From Bugula neritina (Eukaryota; Animalia; Bryozoa), in contig OZ037768.1 of assembly GCA_964035545.1 (NCBI GenBank), forward strand, positions 1,240,001 to 1,304,000: a stretch of 64,000 bases of DNA. The letters run 5' to 3'. Of the stretch, positions 12,727 to 26,500 are shown in pieces. The notes under the pieces were generated by a model. It did not search any database. It was not told where the DNA came from and saw nothing but the letters and a program-made list of their open reading frames with translations. A program made the translations under genes and the position numbers. The first letter of the stretch is position 1; every line of letters begins with the position of its first letter.

Positions 12727-15700
12727 CTGATTTTCATATTCGGAGGCAGACAATCTCTATCATTTGATTATTAGTCAGCTGCTGTTGCTGATTGCAAGTG
12801 ATTGTATTTTATTAGAACTGTTATGACTAATTTTTCTATTAGTATAGATTTTATAACTATTTTGTAATTGATGAAATTCTCATGATAGAGTTAATAATAT
12901 ATTTTTGAAGTGATACACTACACTGGTGTGCATATCTTTTGTTGTCACTATACCACTAATTCTCTGTTAACTTCTTTCTACTAATAACTAGATTTAATGA
13001 TTAAGTGTTCAGGATAAATGCGTTCTATTGTGCACAAACCTTTATTGTTATTATAAAATATATCATTAAACAAAACCTGTATTCACAACAGAAAACAAAT
13101 CTTTGTTTTAAAAACTTAAGGTTTCTCTGTTTTCAGCTCCTAATTTCTTTATAATTATAATAAATAAGTTTTATTGTGCCCAGAACCTGTTAGCTAGTTG
13201 AGTAGTACAGAGAGAGTCAAATTGGTATATACATTAAACATTAACTATTTATCTGAAAGCTCTTCATAGCTTTTTCTCTGAAAGCTTGTATAGTGCCAAT
13301 GCTATAATGCAACAAAGTGACGCCTATATTATTTGAAAGGCATCTATTGCAATTAAGTTGGTAACAATGTGTTTATAATAAAAACACATCAACTTAAAAT
13401 AGATCATGAGTTTGATAATATCTTTATTTCGAATTTGTCTCCTCTTTATCATTAATTTTTGAGAAAATACAACTCCAGTATACACATGCATAACCATCGA
13501 ATGCCAAACAGTTGACACAAGCCCTCCAACTTAGCAAGGAGCAACATAATCCTTGCTAATAGTAAATGTACTAGTCACTATTGTTACTTTCAGTATTAGT
13601 ATTCATTGTATTTCATTTTATGTAATTCTCCAAGTTTATACGCAACTCAATCAAGAAAGTTTTGATTAGCCCTTGTTCCACTAACTGGTAAGATTATTGA
13701 TGTTTATAGTTATGCAGCTAAAATTACAACTTGTAGTTGTTATTCTTACTGTTGTGTTACTGTTAGTGTTTGGTGATTTTAAATTTATATTATTAAATTT
13801 AATAATATTAATATTTATATTAATTATTATTATATTTATAATTGATCCCGAAATCACATTCATGATTCACGTTGCTGTTCGTCTAGCTCTAAATCTTACA
13901 GTTGCAGTTCAATTAGATTTTATTTAGACTTTTAGTTTTATTTTTAATTATCAAATTCAATGTGAATGTCTTATAGTTATTCTATGTGAATCTTCAACAA
14001 AACAGATAATAAGATTTACTTTGACTTTTAGTGAATTACAATCATAATGATAATCAATATCATAATGACGATGTAACTTTCAATGTGAATCAAAATGGTA
14101 ATGTATGTTATTAATAATTAACTTATAATTATCATTATTCAATTTCATAATTATCATCATCATGCTGATGCACTTTAACTTCTAGTTATAATTATAGTAA
14201 TAAAAATATTAATTATTAATAGTATTAATATATACATATTTATTAATTTACTTTAAACTTAAACAAACTTAAATATTTATGATTGAATTAGATATTCATA
14301 GTTTAATTTATATTGATTTGACAGTTTAATGACTATCACAATGACAGTTTGATGGTCATGTTTTGTTCATGTTTTCTGCTCTGAGATTGAGTCACTAACC
14401 ATTGCTACTGTCAGAATAGCAATCACAATCACAATACCTAGTCATTACTGATTACTGCGAGTTATATTAGTACCTAATCTTATAATTATTCAACAGTTAT
14501 AAATTCATATTTTAATAAAGTCTTCTACCCTGTCATTACGACCATTTACCTCATCATGAGTAAAAGACTAGTTGTGAGATTCAGTCTTAGGAAGCTTATT
14601 ACATTTAGTGAGTTACAGTCTCAGTTTGATTACTAAAATTCAAGCAAAAATAATTGAGTGAGTCTGCCAGTTATTGAGCTGTACTTTCACATTTAATTTC
14701 ATTATAATTACCATAGTATTAGGGGGAGGGGGCTCAAAGCTGTCATACTTGCACATTTTGCTCAAATGAGTTTGATCTATTATTGAACTTCTCTGCATGT
14801 TTGTAATTAAAGTCACATAATGATGTTAACGCACACAACACATACATTGCTGAATGCATTATGTTAATAATTCAGTAATTGAGAGTCATTTATTTTGAGA
14901 TAATGTGATCTTAGGCCTACGTGAAATAACTGCAAGCTTATTATAAGGCTAATGTCTTCCAAATTTTCACTATTATGCAATAGTTCCTGCCTATTAAGGT
15001 GGTAGTGGGTTTGAGCTCTGCCAAATGTGCCATTGATATGCTTCTGTGGTATTATATCTTCGTAGCTCACAATCTGTTGAAGATGATATTAATTACTGGT
15101 CCTCAACTTGGAAGTTTTCCTCTGACATCGAATGTCCTTTTATGTTATTAGAAATGTTTCGATTTAATAAATGTACTTAGTATAAAAGTATGGGCACCTG
15201 AAGATCAACCTTTATAGGGCAAAAACTTTCTTGCGAGTGTCCTATGAACTATTAAATGATAGCTTTATTGGAATGGTTTTTGTCTTACTAATTGATTGAA
15301 TATATTTTTGCATTCTTACTGGGCATTAGTTAGAGTTCTAAATTATTTAAAGCTGAAATTTCAGCTTGCTGACATAAAGTGATAACCTTATCTTAAAATT
15401 GAGCCCAGCCACTTATTGTGCTCAGCTTTGAAATAGAAAATAAAATTCAATTAGAGCCTGTCCATCACCCTACCTCAGTGACTGTAGAACTGCAGGCTGA
15501 GCTCCTCAGAATCTCACTCTGTGTTGGACAATGACTTCAATGTCCAGCAAGTGATGTACAACCTTGTTAATTGCTTGATTGCTTTTATATTTCATTAGTT
15601 TTTACTCTATTTAAGTTATTAGTAATTAGAGCATTGCCCAAGCTTGTCTGTCTCGGCTATTCTATGTGGGAAATACAATAATTGTGGGCATAGTTGACAC

Positions 15701-18700
15701 TAGTAGGATATGCTATATAGAATTAACCACACAACCATGAAGATACCAAGATAGGGTTCGTACTAGCACCAGGTTAAGTCCTAATACACAACAAAATGTA
15801 GTCGGTTAGATATTTTTCTCCAGTGATGCAAATAATACTTATGCACCAATTTTTAGTTTTTTAACTAAAGTTTTACTTCAATTTGAGCACCAAAATTTGT
15901 TGCAGTTACGTGTAATATATACTCATCTTTTATATACTGGTATGTGTTGGTTTTTATTTAAATCTTGCTCACTGACAATGCTTTTGTTTGGGTGTTTACA
16001 TTAAATTATTAAAGAGAAAGAAATTGTTAGATAAAACTGCTACTACATTTCCAGAAGTCAACAATTTGCACTTCTTTCAACTGCATCCAAAAATAGTCTA
16101 TAATTAGATAGAGTTAAGGTTTCATCTATGCTTGTCAAAATCATGTAACCTTGTATCTCATTGGATACTGCAAGCAATTACTATACCTGCTAGCAATCAC
16201 AAGTTGTGAATAACATTTCTTTTGGAATGTTTTTCAAGAAAAATTCCTTTCTAGGTTGTTACAGGAAAGTTGAAAGAAAACTTAGTGTAAGAATACACCA
16301 GTTGATACCCCAACACACAAACTGTGATTGAAACACATATACATGTACATGTAATGCCAGAGGAAAGTTTTCAACAAGCCTTTCTCTTTGTTCAACATTG
16401 TACTTGGCAGTCTTGAGAGAAAATGTAGCTGTCTATTTACCAACAAGAAACTGTTGGTCATATAAAAATCGTTCAGCCATGTTATTCTAATTTTAAACAG
16501 TCAAAAATGACCGTCTTTTAAAAGTTTAGCAGAGAACCTATCTTTGTCTATACTCTCAGGCTAACGAGATGTCTACAGCTATTTCTCCCTGTTCTATACA
16601 GTTACAATGTATTACCAACGTAAAGTTGAAAATTGAAATCTTGTACAATCAAGTTGACATTGCTAAATTTGTTTAATTTTAAGTTTTGAAATTTTAGACA
16701 ATTAACTTGGAATTTATAGAGATAAGTTATGTAATTATTATTATCTGTTATCAAGTAACTTATCTACATTTTACCAACTGGATTTTTCTAAAGCTTCAAT
16801 ACCGCCATCACATGCAAATGTGTATGGTCGGTTGGAGGTGGTTGCATTGTCCCCATTCCTTTACTGAATATTAGAATTGTGTATAAAGATGCTACAACCA
16901 CCGTAACACATTACTACGATACATACGGCTCTTCCTTTATTATCACCACAACAAAGTTAGCTACTTTAACTAGTTACTAGTCGCTATAAATTACAATGCG
17001 AATTCTCTAATCTGTACGGTCATAACGTTACTCTGCTACAAGTACATTTACTAGCCTGCGTTGTTATAAACACTCGTATTATTAGTAGCAGGAGTGATTC
17101 AGTAATTCATCTATTCAATCAGCTAACTGTGTTGACATACTGCTTTGTGTAGTAACAAATAATCAGTTGCCTTTCTTTCATTTCCCCTGCAAATCAGTTA
17201 AAATATTCATTAATCCTCATTGAACTAGAAAAGTGCTCCTTTCACTAACAAATGTCAAATATACAGCTTTGCTCTACATACTGACGGCACTGGGTTATGC
17301 AGATGATTTAGCAGTTTAGATCAATAGTAGATGTTAGAATTATAGCTGGTGCCATTGTAGATGGCAATACTGGTGGATCATTTGAGTCCACATTGTAAAA
17401 GTTCGTTAGCCAAGTGTATCTGATTGCTGCCTATACTGCTGCCACCAACACTGTTTCTATCGTGCCAGCTCCAACTTCATTTGGCTTTCCCCATCATCTT
17501 GTTCAGCATCTATTCGAAGTTAAACCTCAACAGTAAAGGTAGTGGTTTGGTTAACCGTTTAATTCTGGTTTTCTTCTGTCCCCCCTCCCACCTCCTGAAG
17601 TGCATTGGGTGTTTTGTGTTGGGTTTGTTGATGGTAATTGAATCTTTAATAGCTTTAAGAAAAATTCTTGGTGTGATTTTACCAGCACCAAAGGTCCAAC
17701 TACATAGCATGTGATATACAGACCAGAATGTAGAATACCATTATTATGTGGTAAGCCCTACATAACGTCCTGTGTACTTTCTGTGTGCTCTCCATTCATG
17801 TTTATTACCAATAGTAAGTATAGTAGGGTTTGTTTACACTTTAGAACAGGGTTTTTAGCTTTCGTATAATTTCATTCACTTGGACGACAATAATAAATAA
17901 CTGCATAGCACATTATATGATGATAGCATTAAGTGATATAATAATACAATCATACTATAACATCTTCGAGGTAAAATAGTTCGGAAAGAGCTCAGCTAGA
18001 AAAAGCACAAAACGATATAATATTGTATACTAATGTACCATAGCCTCTTAAATTAGCTGTTCCAAAATGTTCGAAGAATCTAGCCTAAATTACGCTATGA
18101 TTGATAAGTGACAACTCATCCTAACAACAAGGTATTTATTATTACTAGTAAGTCTGCTGCAGTAACACGTCTGCTGCAGAAGTTGATCTACATTCCCGTA
18201 ATGGCTGAACACTGAGTAGTTACTATCCATCTCCTTACTTACGTGACAAGTTGATAAAACTAGCTCATTATGCTAGTAATTTATATTCACTATCGTGTAC
18301 AAAGCTAACCACAATTTAAGCTTCAATCATATTTGTGTGTTTGAACAACTATTTCCTATTGTTCACTAAGTTGAAATTGTTACTAATCAGCTAATGGTGT
18401 CCAATGTAATATTATCGGACCTTTTTGGTTGAATGCAGTTTTAAGTCCCTCAGAGATTCGTTAACTTTGTAAAATAATTTTGTTTAAAAAGCTACAGAGT
18501 ATAACATAATAGTAATTAATATATTCATTGATGGTGTTGGGCAATAATGAAGTATGCAGAGTATGTTTTATAGTATCAACATATCCGCCATCAGACTCTG
18601 TGCTTATGGTTCTATTTGCCAACGTCTGTCTAGCAGCCAATTCTACCTCAAGACAAAACAACTCAAGATGAATTTCCTTTTCTGTTTAAGGCACCCCCAT

Positions 18701-20534
18701 CCCACCCCCTGCGTCCTGTGTGTGTCACTGTATAGTCTTGGTTGGGGAGAGGGGTGTGTGCTACATTAGTAGCATTTACAAAGCATCTTGAATGTCTAAT
18801 ATCTAAATGGTAGTGAATGAGCACCACAACTGTGATGGGAACATAAGGATGTATCTAAGATCTAAATTAGATTTAGTAACGTGAGAAAAAGGCTGATTTA
18901 TATTCACATTTTCCATTTTAGTTTTGATAAATTCAACAGCAGAGAATTCGTATATAAGCCTAGAATTAGAGATTTGGATTTTGGCACCTGACCGTCTCCT
19001 CTATGGAGGAGTTTCTGAATATTCCTACTTGCTGACTTTTCTCTAACATGGCAGAAGCACCTTCTTCTTGTTCACCCCCTGTCTTCTTCCCTATACACCC
19101 CCTATCCACTCTTCTGTATGCCCCCTGTCTACCCCCCCCTGTCCACTCCTTTGTCCGCCCCCTATCTACTTACTCTGTCCCGACCCAAACCCAATCTTTG
19201 CACTGAAATACTGGATGGTGTTGCTTTGATCTTCTACTTCTATTTTTTACTTTTTTTATGCTTTAATTTCTCATTTGTTTTGCTTAGCAGTGGATAAAAA
19301 TCTGTTGGTTTTTCAGAATGTTTGAATTTGCATCAATTAGTACTCCTTCCCTTTTTCAATAGCATTAGTTCTGCATTATACTTTGCTCAAATATGGAAGG
19401 GTGTAACTGGCCTCCCTCTAATTAGATTTCTTACTAACGTTTCCCACCATTTCCAGTCATTCAGTGTTTGGGGTTTGCTTTCTATTTTGGATCAGTTGGG
19501 TTGTGAGTTCCATTTTCTGTAGGAATAGCTGAGATATGATACTCTGTTAATAGGATTCTACTGCTGTGTTTAGTTAATGACATGCACTTGAGATGGAGAG
19601 TGGGGCAGTCTGGTGGTTATGTTGTAGGTAAATCTCGCAGGTAAATCTTGCAGGTAGATCTTTATTCAGTCTGTAGCTGAAATTGACTGGAGGTCAAAAA
19701 GACAAGCCAATTTCTTCAAATTCAAGAACATAATTTACAAATAGCAATTATTTAGCCACATACACCTTTTTTAGAATTATACAGACTTGTTGATATTTCT
19801 GCCATATACAGAAAAATAAGTTTGCTATAATTGGTCTATTTCAGTATTTTGTCTTGAAATTCAAGGACGAATTATACTCACCAGTTTGAAGGCATGCAAG
19901 TCAGTTTATCTAAAGCATTGTATCACTACTAGTAGTAGTAATGCATAGGCTATACTATGCTGGTTTAGCTGAAAGATGTGGTATTTAAGTTGATTGGAAT
20001 AATTAATGTAATAATTCAACCATCAGGCCACTTTACTTAGCCTATTCTGCTATTCCATCATTGATATGAATAATATTATTGTCACACACACGGACTGGTT
20101 GTATGATCAATCAAGTGAAATACGTTATGTTATTAGTTTGAGTGGAAGTGCTCATGAAATATCCACACAAAGACAAGCGCAGCTCGCTGTATCCCTCTAT
20201 ACATTGTTTAGCGTGTAATAATAACAACATTATACTATACTGTTGGCTATAAACACGCCGTGTGATAAAGGTCTACTAGCACAGGACTATTATAATGCAG
20301 ATATAAATTACTTTTCTTGTTGTTTAATAGACTGGGCATATTAGCACTGCACAGTACGCTGTGTACAGTTCATTGATTGAAGTGCGTTGACTCGCAGACG
20401 AACAGTAGCAGTCGTACGTACGGGCTTATGCTGTCCACTTCTCATTGAATAACGGATTCCTGAATTCGTAGATTTCACGGAATGTAAAGACTGCTGCTAC
20501 TTCATCTATCTGAATCGGGATAGACTACAGCAGC

Positions 20535-23500
20535 ATGGATAGTGCCAGGACCAACAATGCTGCCACGACAGCTGACCAACCTGACTCTTCCTCCAACACA
20601 CCTGACAGCAGCATGATGAATCAAGGTACGGGTATTACTATTGTTTGATGTTTTGGCTTTTCAGATGTCACTAAACCTCGCACTGTCACATATTACTTAA
20701 TATTGGTTGTTGTTTTAATTATAATATTTATTATGGTAATAACAATTTACTTGTTCATTTCCCAACTCAGTCATAATGATAACAGACATAGGTTGTCGGA
20801 CAATTTAAGTTATATTGAATTTGTAGTTAGAGTGTGGTCAATGTTGCTTTATAGAGTACATTAAACATTAACTAGTAGCTAGTGCAATGACTTAGTAATT
20901 GTTTATGTTGATAACATATATTAATAAACATTTATGTTGACATATTATTTATTTATTGTATTATTTAATGTTATTAATTGAACATACCAGTGTTTACTAT
21001 AGGTGTATGTTTATATACCAACTATTTTGGTAGTCAAATACAGTTAAACTTTGGTGCTCAGTTAAACTTATTTGCTCTCTACACATTGATAATAAGCTTA
21101 CTGATGAAGTTATAGTAATTTTCTAGTTGGCTAGCTTTCTGTATAGTTGTCATTTTGTATTGATTAAAGTAGTAACTTGTTTGTCTACTTGGATGGGCTC
21201 TACTTCATCCAAACTTGTTTAGATATTCATATTTCCTAAACCCCTTTTTTGTCCCAAATTTTAATTTTGCATTTTTTTATTTATCCTATAAGTGATCATT
21301 CTGTGACAATTTCCTTTGTTTGAACAAAGAGACACTCTTTCAGTGCATTGAGCACATAAAATGCAGCTCAATTTGATTCCATTGCTCAACATCCCAGCTA
21401 GTCTGTTGGCATAACTAGTTGACAGCATCAATAATAGCGATATCTACTAATGTGTTTTACTAGAACAGCTGCTGTCCTCTTATCTACTCTGTCTACACTC
21501 TACACACACTCCTATCACCAGTCTATCATCTACTTTCATACCTCATCATGACTTTCATACTGATGCATTCTGAAATGGGCATTTAGTTTATAGTCACTGA
21601 AGCGGAATGACTCTACCAGCCAACTGCGACAATTAAACCTGTACTGTTTGATGAGCTTAGAATTATTGAGTACATATCTGTGCATATCTCGTGAGCTCAC
21701 TGAATATATTCACATTAGCCGATGAAAGAGATGAAATGGGTGCTAGTTTTACTTAATTAATCTTTTGACACTGTGGGTTGTAAATAAACTTTAAGTTGGT
21801 ACCTCTTCTATATGTACACTTTATACCTATATACAGTATATTATATGTACACTTTATACCTGTATACAGTATATTATATGTACACTTTATACCTGTATAC
21901 AGTATATGTACACTTTATACCTGTATACAGTAAATTATATCTACACTTTATACCTGTACACAGTATACTATATGTACACTTTATACCTGTACACAGTATA
22001 TTATATGTACACTTTATAGTAATAGTCTATTACAGCTTATAGCACTGTCAATGTTCCACATACCTAATATGTTATATATGCATGTGTTACATGATGACAC
22101 TAAAAGCTATATGCTATATGCTGTCCATCATGCAAACATGTAATTGGGTTTTATGCAGTGTACTAGCAGATTGTGCATGTCAAAGCCCTTACGGCAACTC
22201 AAACAAGTTAGAAACAGTTGATTTGTAAGAAATGTATCATTAATCTTGAGTGGAATGGTGGTAGAGCTGTTTGTAGTGTCATGCTATCATTTACACTGTA
22301 ACACATTCATCATTAATAATCTACGTACAAGTAATTTGAGTATTAAGTAACTACCTCAAATAAGCTGCGACTCATAGCCTCATATTTCCTACACCTATTC
22401 AGCATGTAGCATTAAATCTCCCCATAACTTCATTTCATCAATTAGACTGCTCATGTAATGTAATGGTAGTTGTCAATACATACATGCCTATAGTGTAATA
22501 TATGCTTACGATAGGCTTATTTGTGCTTATAGCTAGTATGCATATAGTATTCCTATATGTTTGTGTTGCAGCATTGAGACTGTACGAACAGCAGCTGGCC
22601 CTGCTGTCCAACATAAGTCAGGCCTCTCCAGCCACAGCTGCGATGTTCCCCTACAACCCATATCTCCTCGGCTCTATGACTGGGCTCACTGGCTATCCCG
22701 GACTGCCAGGTGCTGCTGCTGCTGTGCCTGGCCTCGCTGAGTACCAGGCAGCTCTGGCAGCAGCTATGACCTCTCAATTTCCACCTGCAGGTGAGCACTT
22801 GTTACTCTGTGTCAGTGCTGGTGTCAGTACTGGTGTTGGTGCTGGTGTCAGTACTGGTGTCAGTGCTGGTGTCAGTACTGGTGTCGGTGCTGGTGTCAGC
22901 ACGTGGTGTCAGCCCGTGACTCATTACCTCAGTCATCATCTATGTCGTGCAAGAAGTACAAGATGTTGCGTTGTACTCGATTGATTTTTCAACCTAATGA
23001 AATGTAACACAACTAACAAATGGACACACCTACTTGCATATTAGTTTACCCAACATGGAGTTGTACAGCCACGGAGTCTCAATATCATGTAATATTCCTA
23101 TTGGTTGGCAGTCTTTGTGTACTGTTGACACTTGAATATTTTAATGATGCTTGCACTGGCGACAATATTATTGCTAGCAGTAGTAGAAAGTAGTAGTAGT
23201 AGCAGCAGCAGCAGTAGTAGTAGTAGAGGTAGTAGAAAGTAGTAGTAGTACTAGTGGTAGTAGTAGCAGTAGTAGTAGTACTAGTGGTAGTGGTAGCAGC
23301 GGCAGCAGTAGCGGCGGCAGCAGTAGCGGCGGTGGTACAGGTGGTAGTAATACTGATGGTAGTATAACTAGTGGTAGTAGTACTTGCGGTAGTATTACTG
23401 GTGGTATTATAACTGGTAGTAGTACTTGCGGTAGTACTGGTAGTAGCAGTACTGGTGGTAGTAGTACTGGTGGTAGTAGTACTGGTGGTAGCAGTGATTG

Positions 23501-26500
23501 CACATAATGTGTTGAAAGTCACTCATCATTCAGTCAGCACCTTCTAACAGGATGTGTGTGAAGTGCTGCCCATTATTATGTGTTAAACTGACAGACTGGC
23601 AACGCTGCCACTGCTGTAGGGCTGAGATGTACTGTAAAAGTACAATGCAACTGCTGCTACTACTACTAGAGGTACTGCTATAAATATACATGTGACAGTG
23701 AGGATAGCTTATCATTGCTATCTAGACAGTTGTATTTGCTGAAAGTTAAATGTATGTAAGATATGCATAGATAATAGCCACTGTGTGTGGAACAGGTATT
23801 TCTATACCTATAGTTGTGTATCTTACCTGTAAGTTACACAACTATAAGTCTAACTTGACTTATAACGCAAGTCTATATAATTGTATGAATTGAGTAGTAT
23901 TCAGGTTACAGGTACATTTATCAAGTTTATTTATTTCTGGCGTAAAATGGGCTAATAATTCAAAGTAATGCTTCAACCAACTCTTTGATAATTTTATTGT
24001 TTATAATTTCTTGTTTGGAATTTTCAGCTCTTTACCCTTCCGCCATGGGATATCCCAGCATTCCCTTCCCTCAAGCAGACTACACAGGTGCTCTCTCCGC
24101 GCTGTCCTCATCTCTGCTAGGCGGGAGTACCTCTGCAGTACCAAACCTACATTCTAATAGCGCAGTCACATCTGCTGAGCCCTCTCGAAACAGTCCGGCC
24201 TTGTCTCACTCGAGTAGATCCAGTATCGCTGCCTCGGCCACTGCAAGCACTCACATTGGGCAGCGTAACCCCACTCCGTCTAAACTCACTTCAAATCACG
24301 CTACCACCCGCCTCAGGGAGCGCTCGGTTTCACCTGCTAGCTCAAAAAGGGCCCGTCTCACCCCCAGCAAGGCTTGTGAGAAAGATCGGGGAGCTTCTGG
24401 TAAACACGGAGACTCGGCGTCTTTCTTCAAGGTGAGGGTAACTCTTAGTATGCAGCTAAGGGTGTTGGGTGGGTGGTTTTAGTTACTTCTGCAGCTAAAA
24501 TACAAGTGCTTGTTGTTTTCTTTTGTTGTTGAATGGTTGTCAGATATACTGTATTATGTCATTGCTTAGGTTTCTATGAAAAACTCTTCTTTGTTGGGTC
24601 TTGATTGTTTTTGCAATACTTGTATTTAGAATTTAGAGTGAGAGGTGATCCTCTGTAGAAAGTGTAATACTCTACTCCATCCCGCTATAGTATTTCTTAG
24701 TACTCTAGCTATGGCTCTTCTACTGCTTACTCACCTATTCCTGCCCACCAAAAGGTGTGCTCTACAGTTATAATTAAACTCGTATAATTTTACAACTTCC
24801 TCTTTTTACTCGTCAGGGTATGACGGCTGACGAATTTGATATAAACACTCACTTCAAGAATTCCCTTGGGAATCTTTACCACAGCAATGGAATTCAACAG
24901 CAGTTATCTTCTCTGTCCTCATCACACGCTAGAAGTGGAACTCATAGTGAAAAGGTGCGTAATTTATTATATAATATAATATTAAGTGTACTATAATATT
25001 ATATTAAATATAGTGTAATATTATAATAAATGTAATATTATATTATATAAAGTGTAATATAATACTGTTACAATTTAGATTGAATCAAACTCAACCACAG
25101 AGAGCTCTCAAAATCTCGGTTTGGACTTGTCTATTAAAAGTTCCAACTCTGTTGCTTCAAGTATGAGGCTCTCTGCCCCCTCCCCCTCCACCTCAACTAC
25201 TTCTCTTAAGGCTACGTCAGCTAACCTTTCTAGAAAGTCCGTCATAAAAACACCTTGTACAAATAGCAGACTCCAGTCCAATGTTAGCTCGGTGAGTCAT
25301 TTAATAATCAGTGAGACTCTGTTAGTTGTGAGTGAGACTCTATGAGTTGTGAGTGAAACTGTTAGTTGTGAGTGAGACTGTCAGTTGTGAGTGAGACTCT
25401 GTGAGTTGTGAGTGAGACTGTTAGTTGTGAGTGAATGAGTGAAACTAACTGAGTGAGGGTAAATGATTGATGCTGAGTGAATGAGACTGAGTGAGACTGA
25501 GTGAGTAGTCATTCAGTAACATAAATTGAAACAGTTGCAAACAATCCACAGTCCTTTTTAGCACATTCCATACAGTTTGTCAGAGCTTAAATATCAACCA
25601 GGGTACACAGAATATCTACTGCTTTACATGTTCATGTCAATTCCTATAAGTGGGTAATTTTATTCATGTTGGTAATTATTTTTCCTAATATATTCGTTTG
25701 AGTTGGTATAATACATCTTCCCTGAAATTTAGTTTGAACATTTTCACAGTATTTAGATGTGTTTTGGGAGGAGAACCTTTGCTAGTAGAAAATGCCAGCT
25801 ACCTGCCATGTCATTTGCATGATTTCTAATTATTATAGCAACTACAGCCAACAACACAGTATGCACTTGTATGATGACTTAGTTGACAAATTACCATCTC
25901 TAAGTAGCTAACCATTCTGATTGGTTAATGGGAGTTAGTAATGGGGGACATAAGTACAGTTCATAAATGTCACTCCATGTGTTTGTATAGTAACTTGTTA
26001 CAGCTGGTATTTTCGTTCAATAACAAGACCTAGCTGTATTCACAGTACATAATAGATGCTACTTTACCAGCAGTTCAATACGTGTCGTGTTTGTTACTGT
26101 TAACTGGCACATCATTGCTTACACTACAATGAAACATTGTCAGTTGATTAAAGTTCAGTCCATCACTTCTCAAACTCTCTGATTGAACACAAATAAACTA
26201 TAAACTTCATTATTGAACTCTCTTTTTGAACACACACAAATAACGCAAGGCTAAAATTCATAGCAAATAATATTCCTTATAGTAAATAGTACTCTACAAT
26301 ACTGCAGTGTGCTCTACAATACTGCAGTGTGCTCATATAATGTGTTTACGACACTCTCTAGGAGTTATCTACACGATGCAGTAAACAAGAAAAGCAATCA
26401 ACACATTCCAGCAGCATCTCCCCGTCTCGTGTGCTGCCTTCCACAGACTCACCTTTCCAGGTCATGCCAACGCTGCCAGCAGCTGTTCATAACACAGAGA

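Noticed and set aside
13681-13927. Period-6 tract as coding sequence for an alternating-hydrophobic peptide
   Set aside because: ORFs are short, the phase shifts, stops are frequent, and the same texture occurs in other clearly non-coding places.
14600-20400. Possible hidden gene or TE in the long non-coding stretch
   Set aside because: The short ORFs show no recognisable motifs and no phase-consistent exon chain or terminal repeats. A lncRNA or old TE cannot be excluded without a search.
23085-23522. Mucin-like Thr-rich ORF on the minus strand
   Set aside because: Degenerate trinucleotide microsatellite inside a BAZ2 intron; no supporting gene structure seen.
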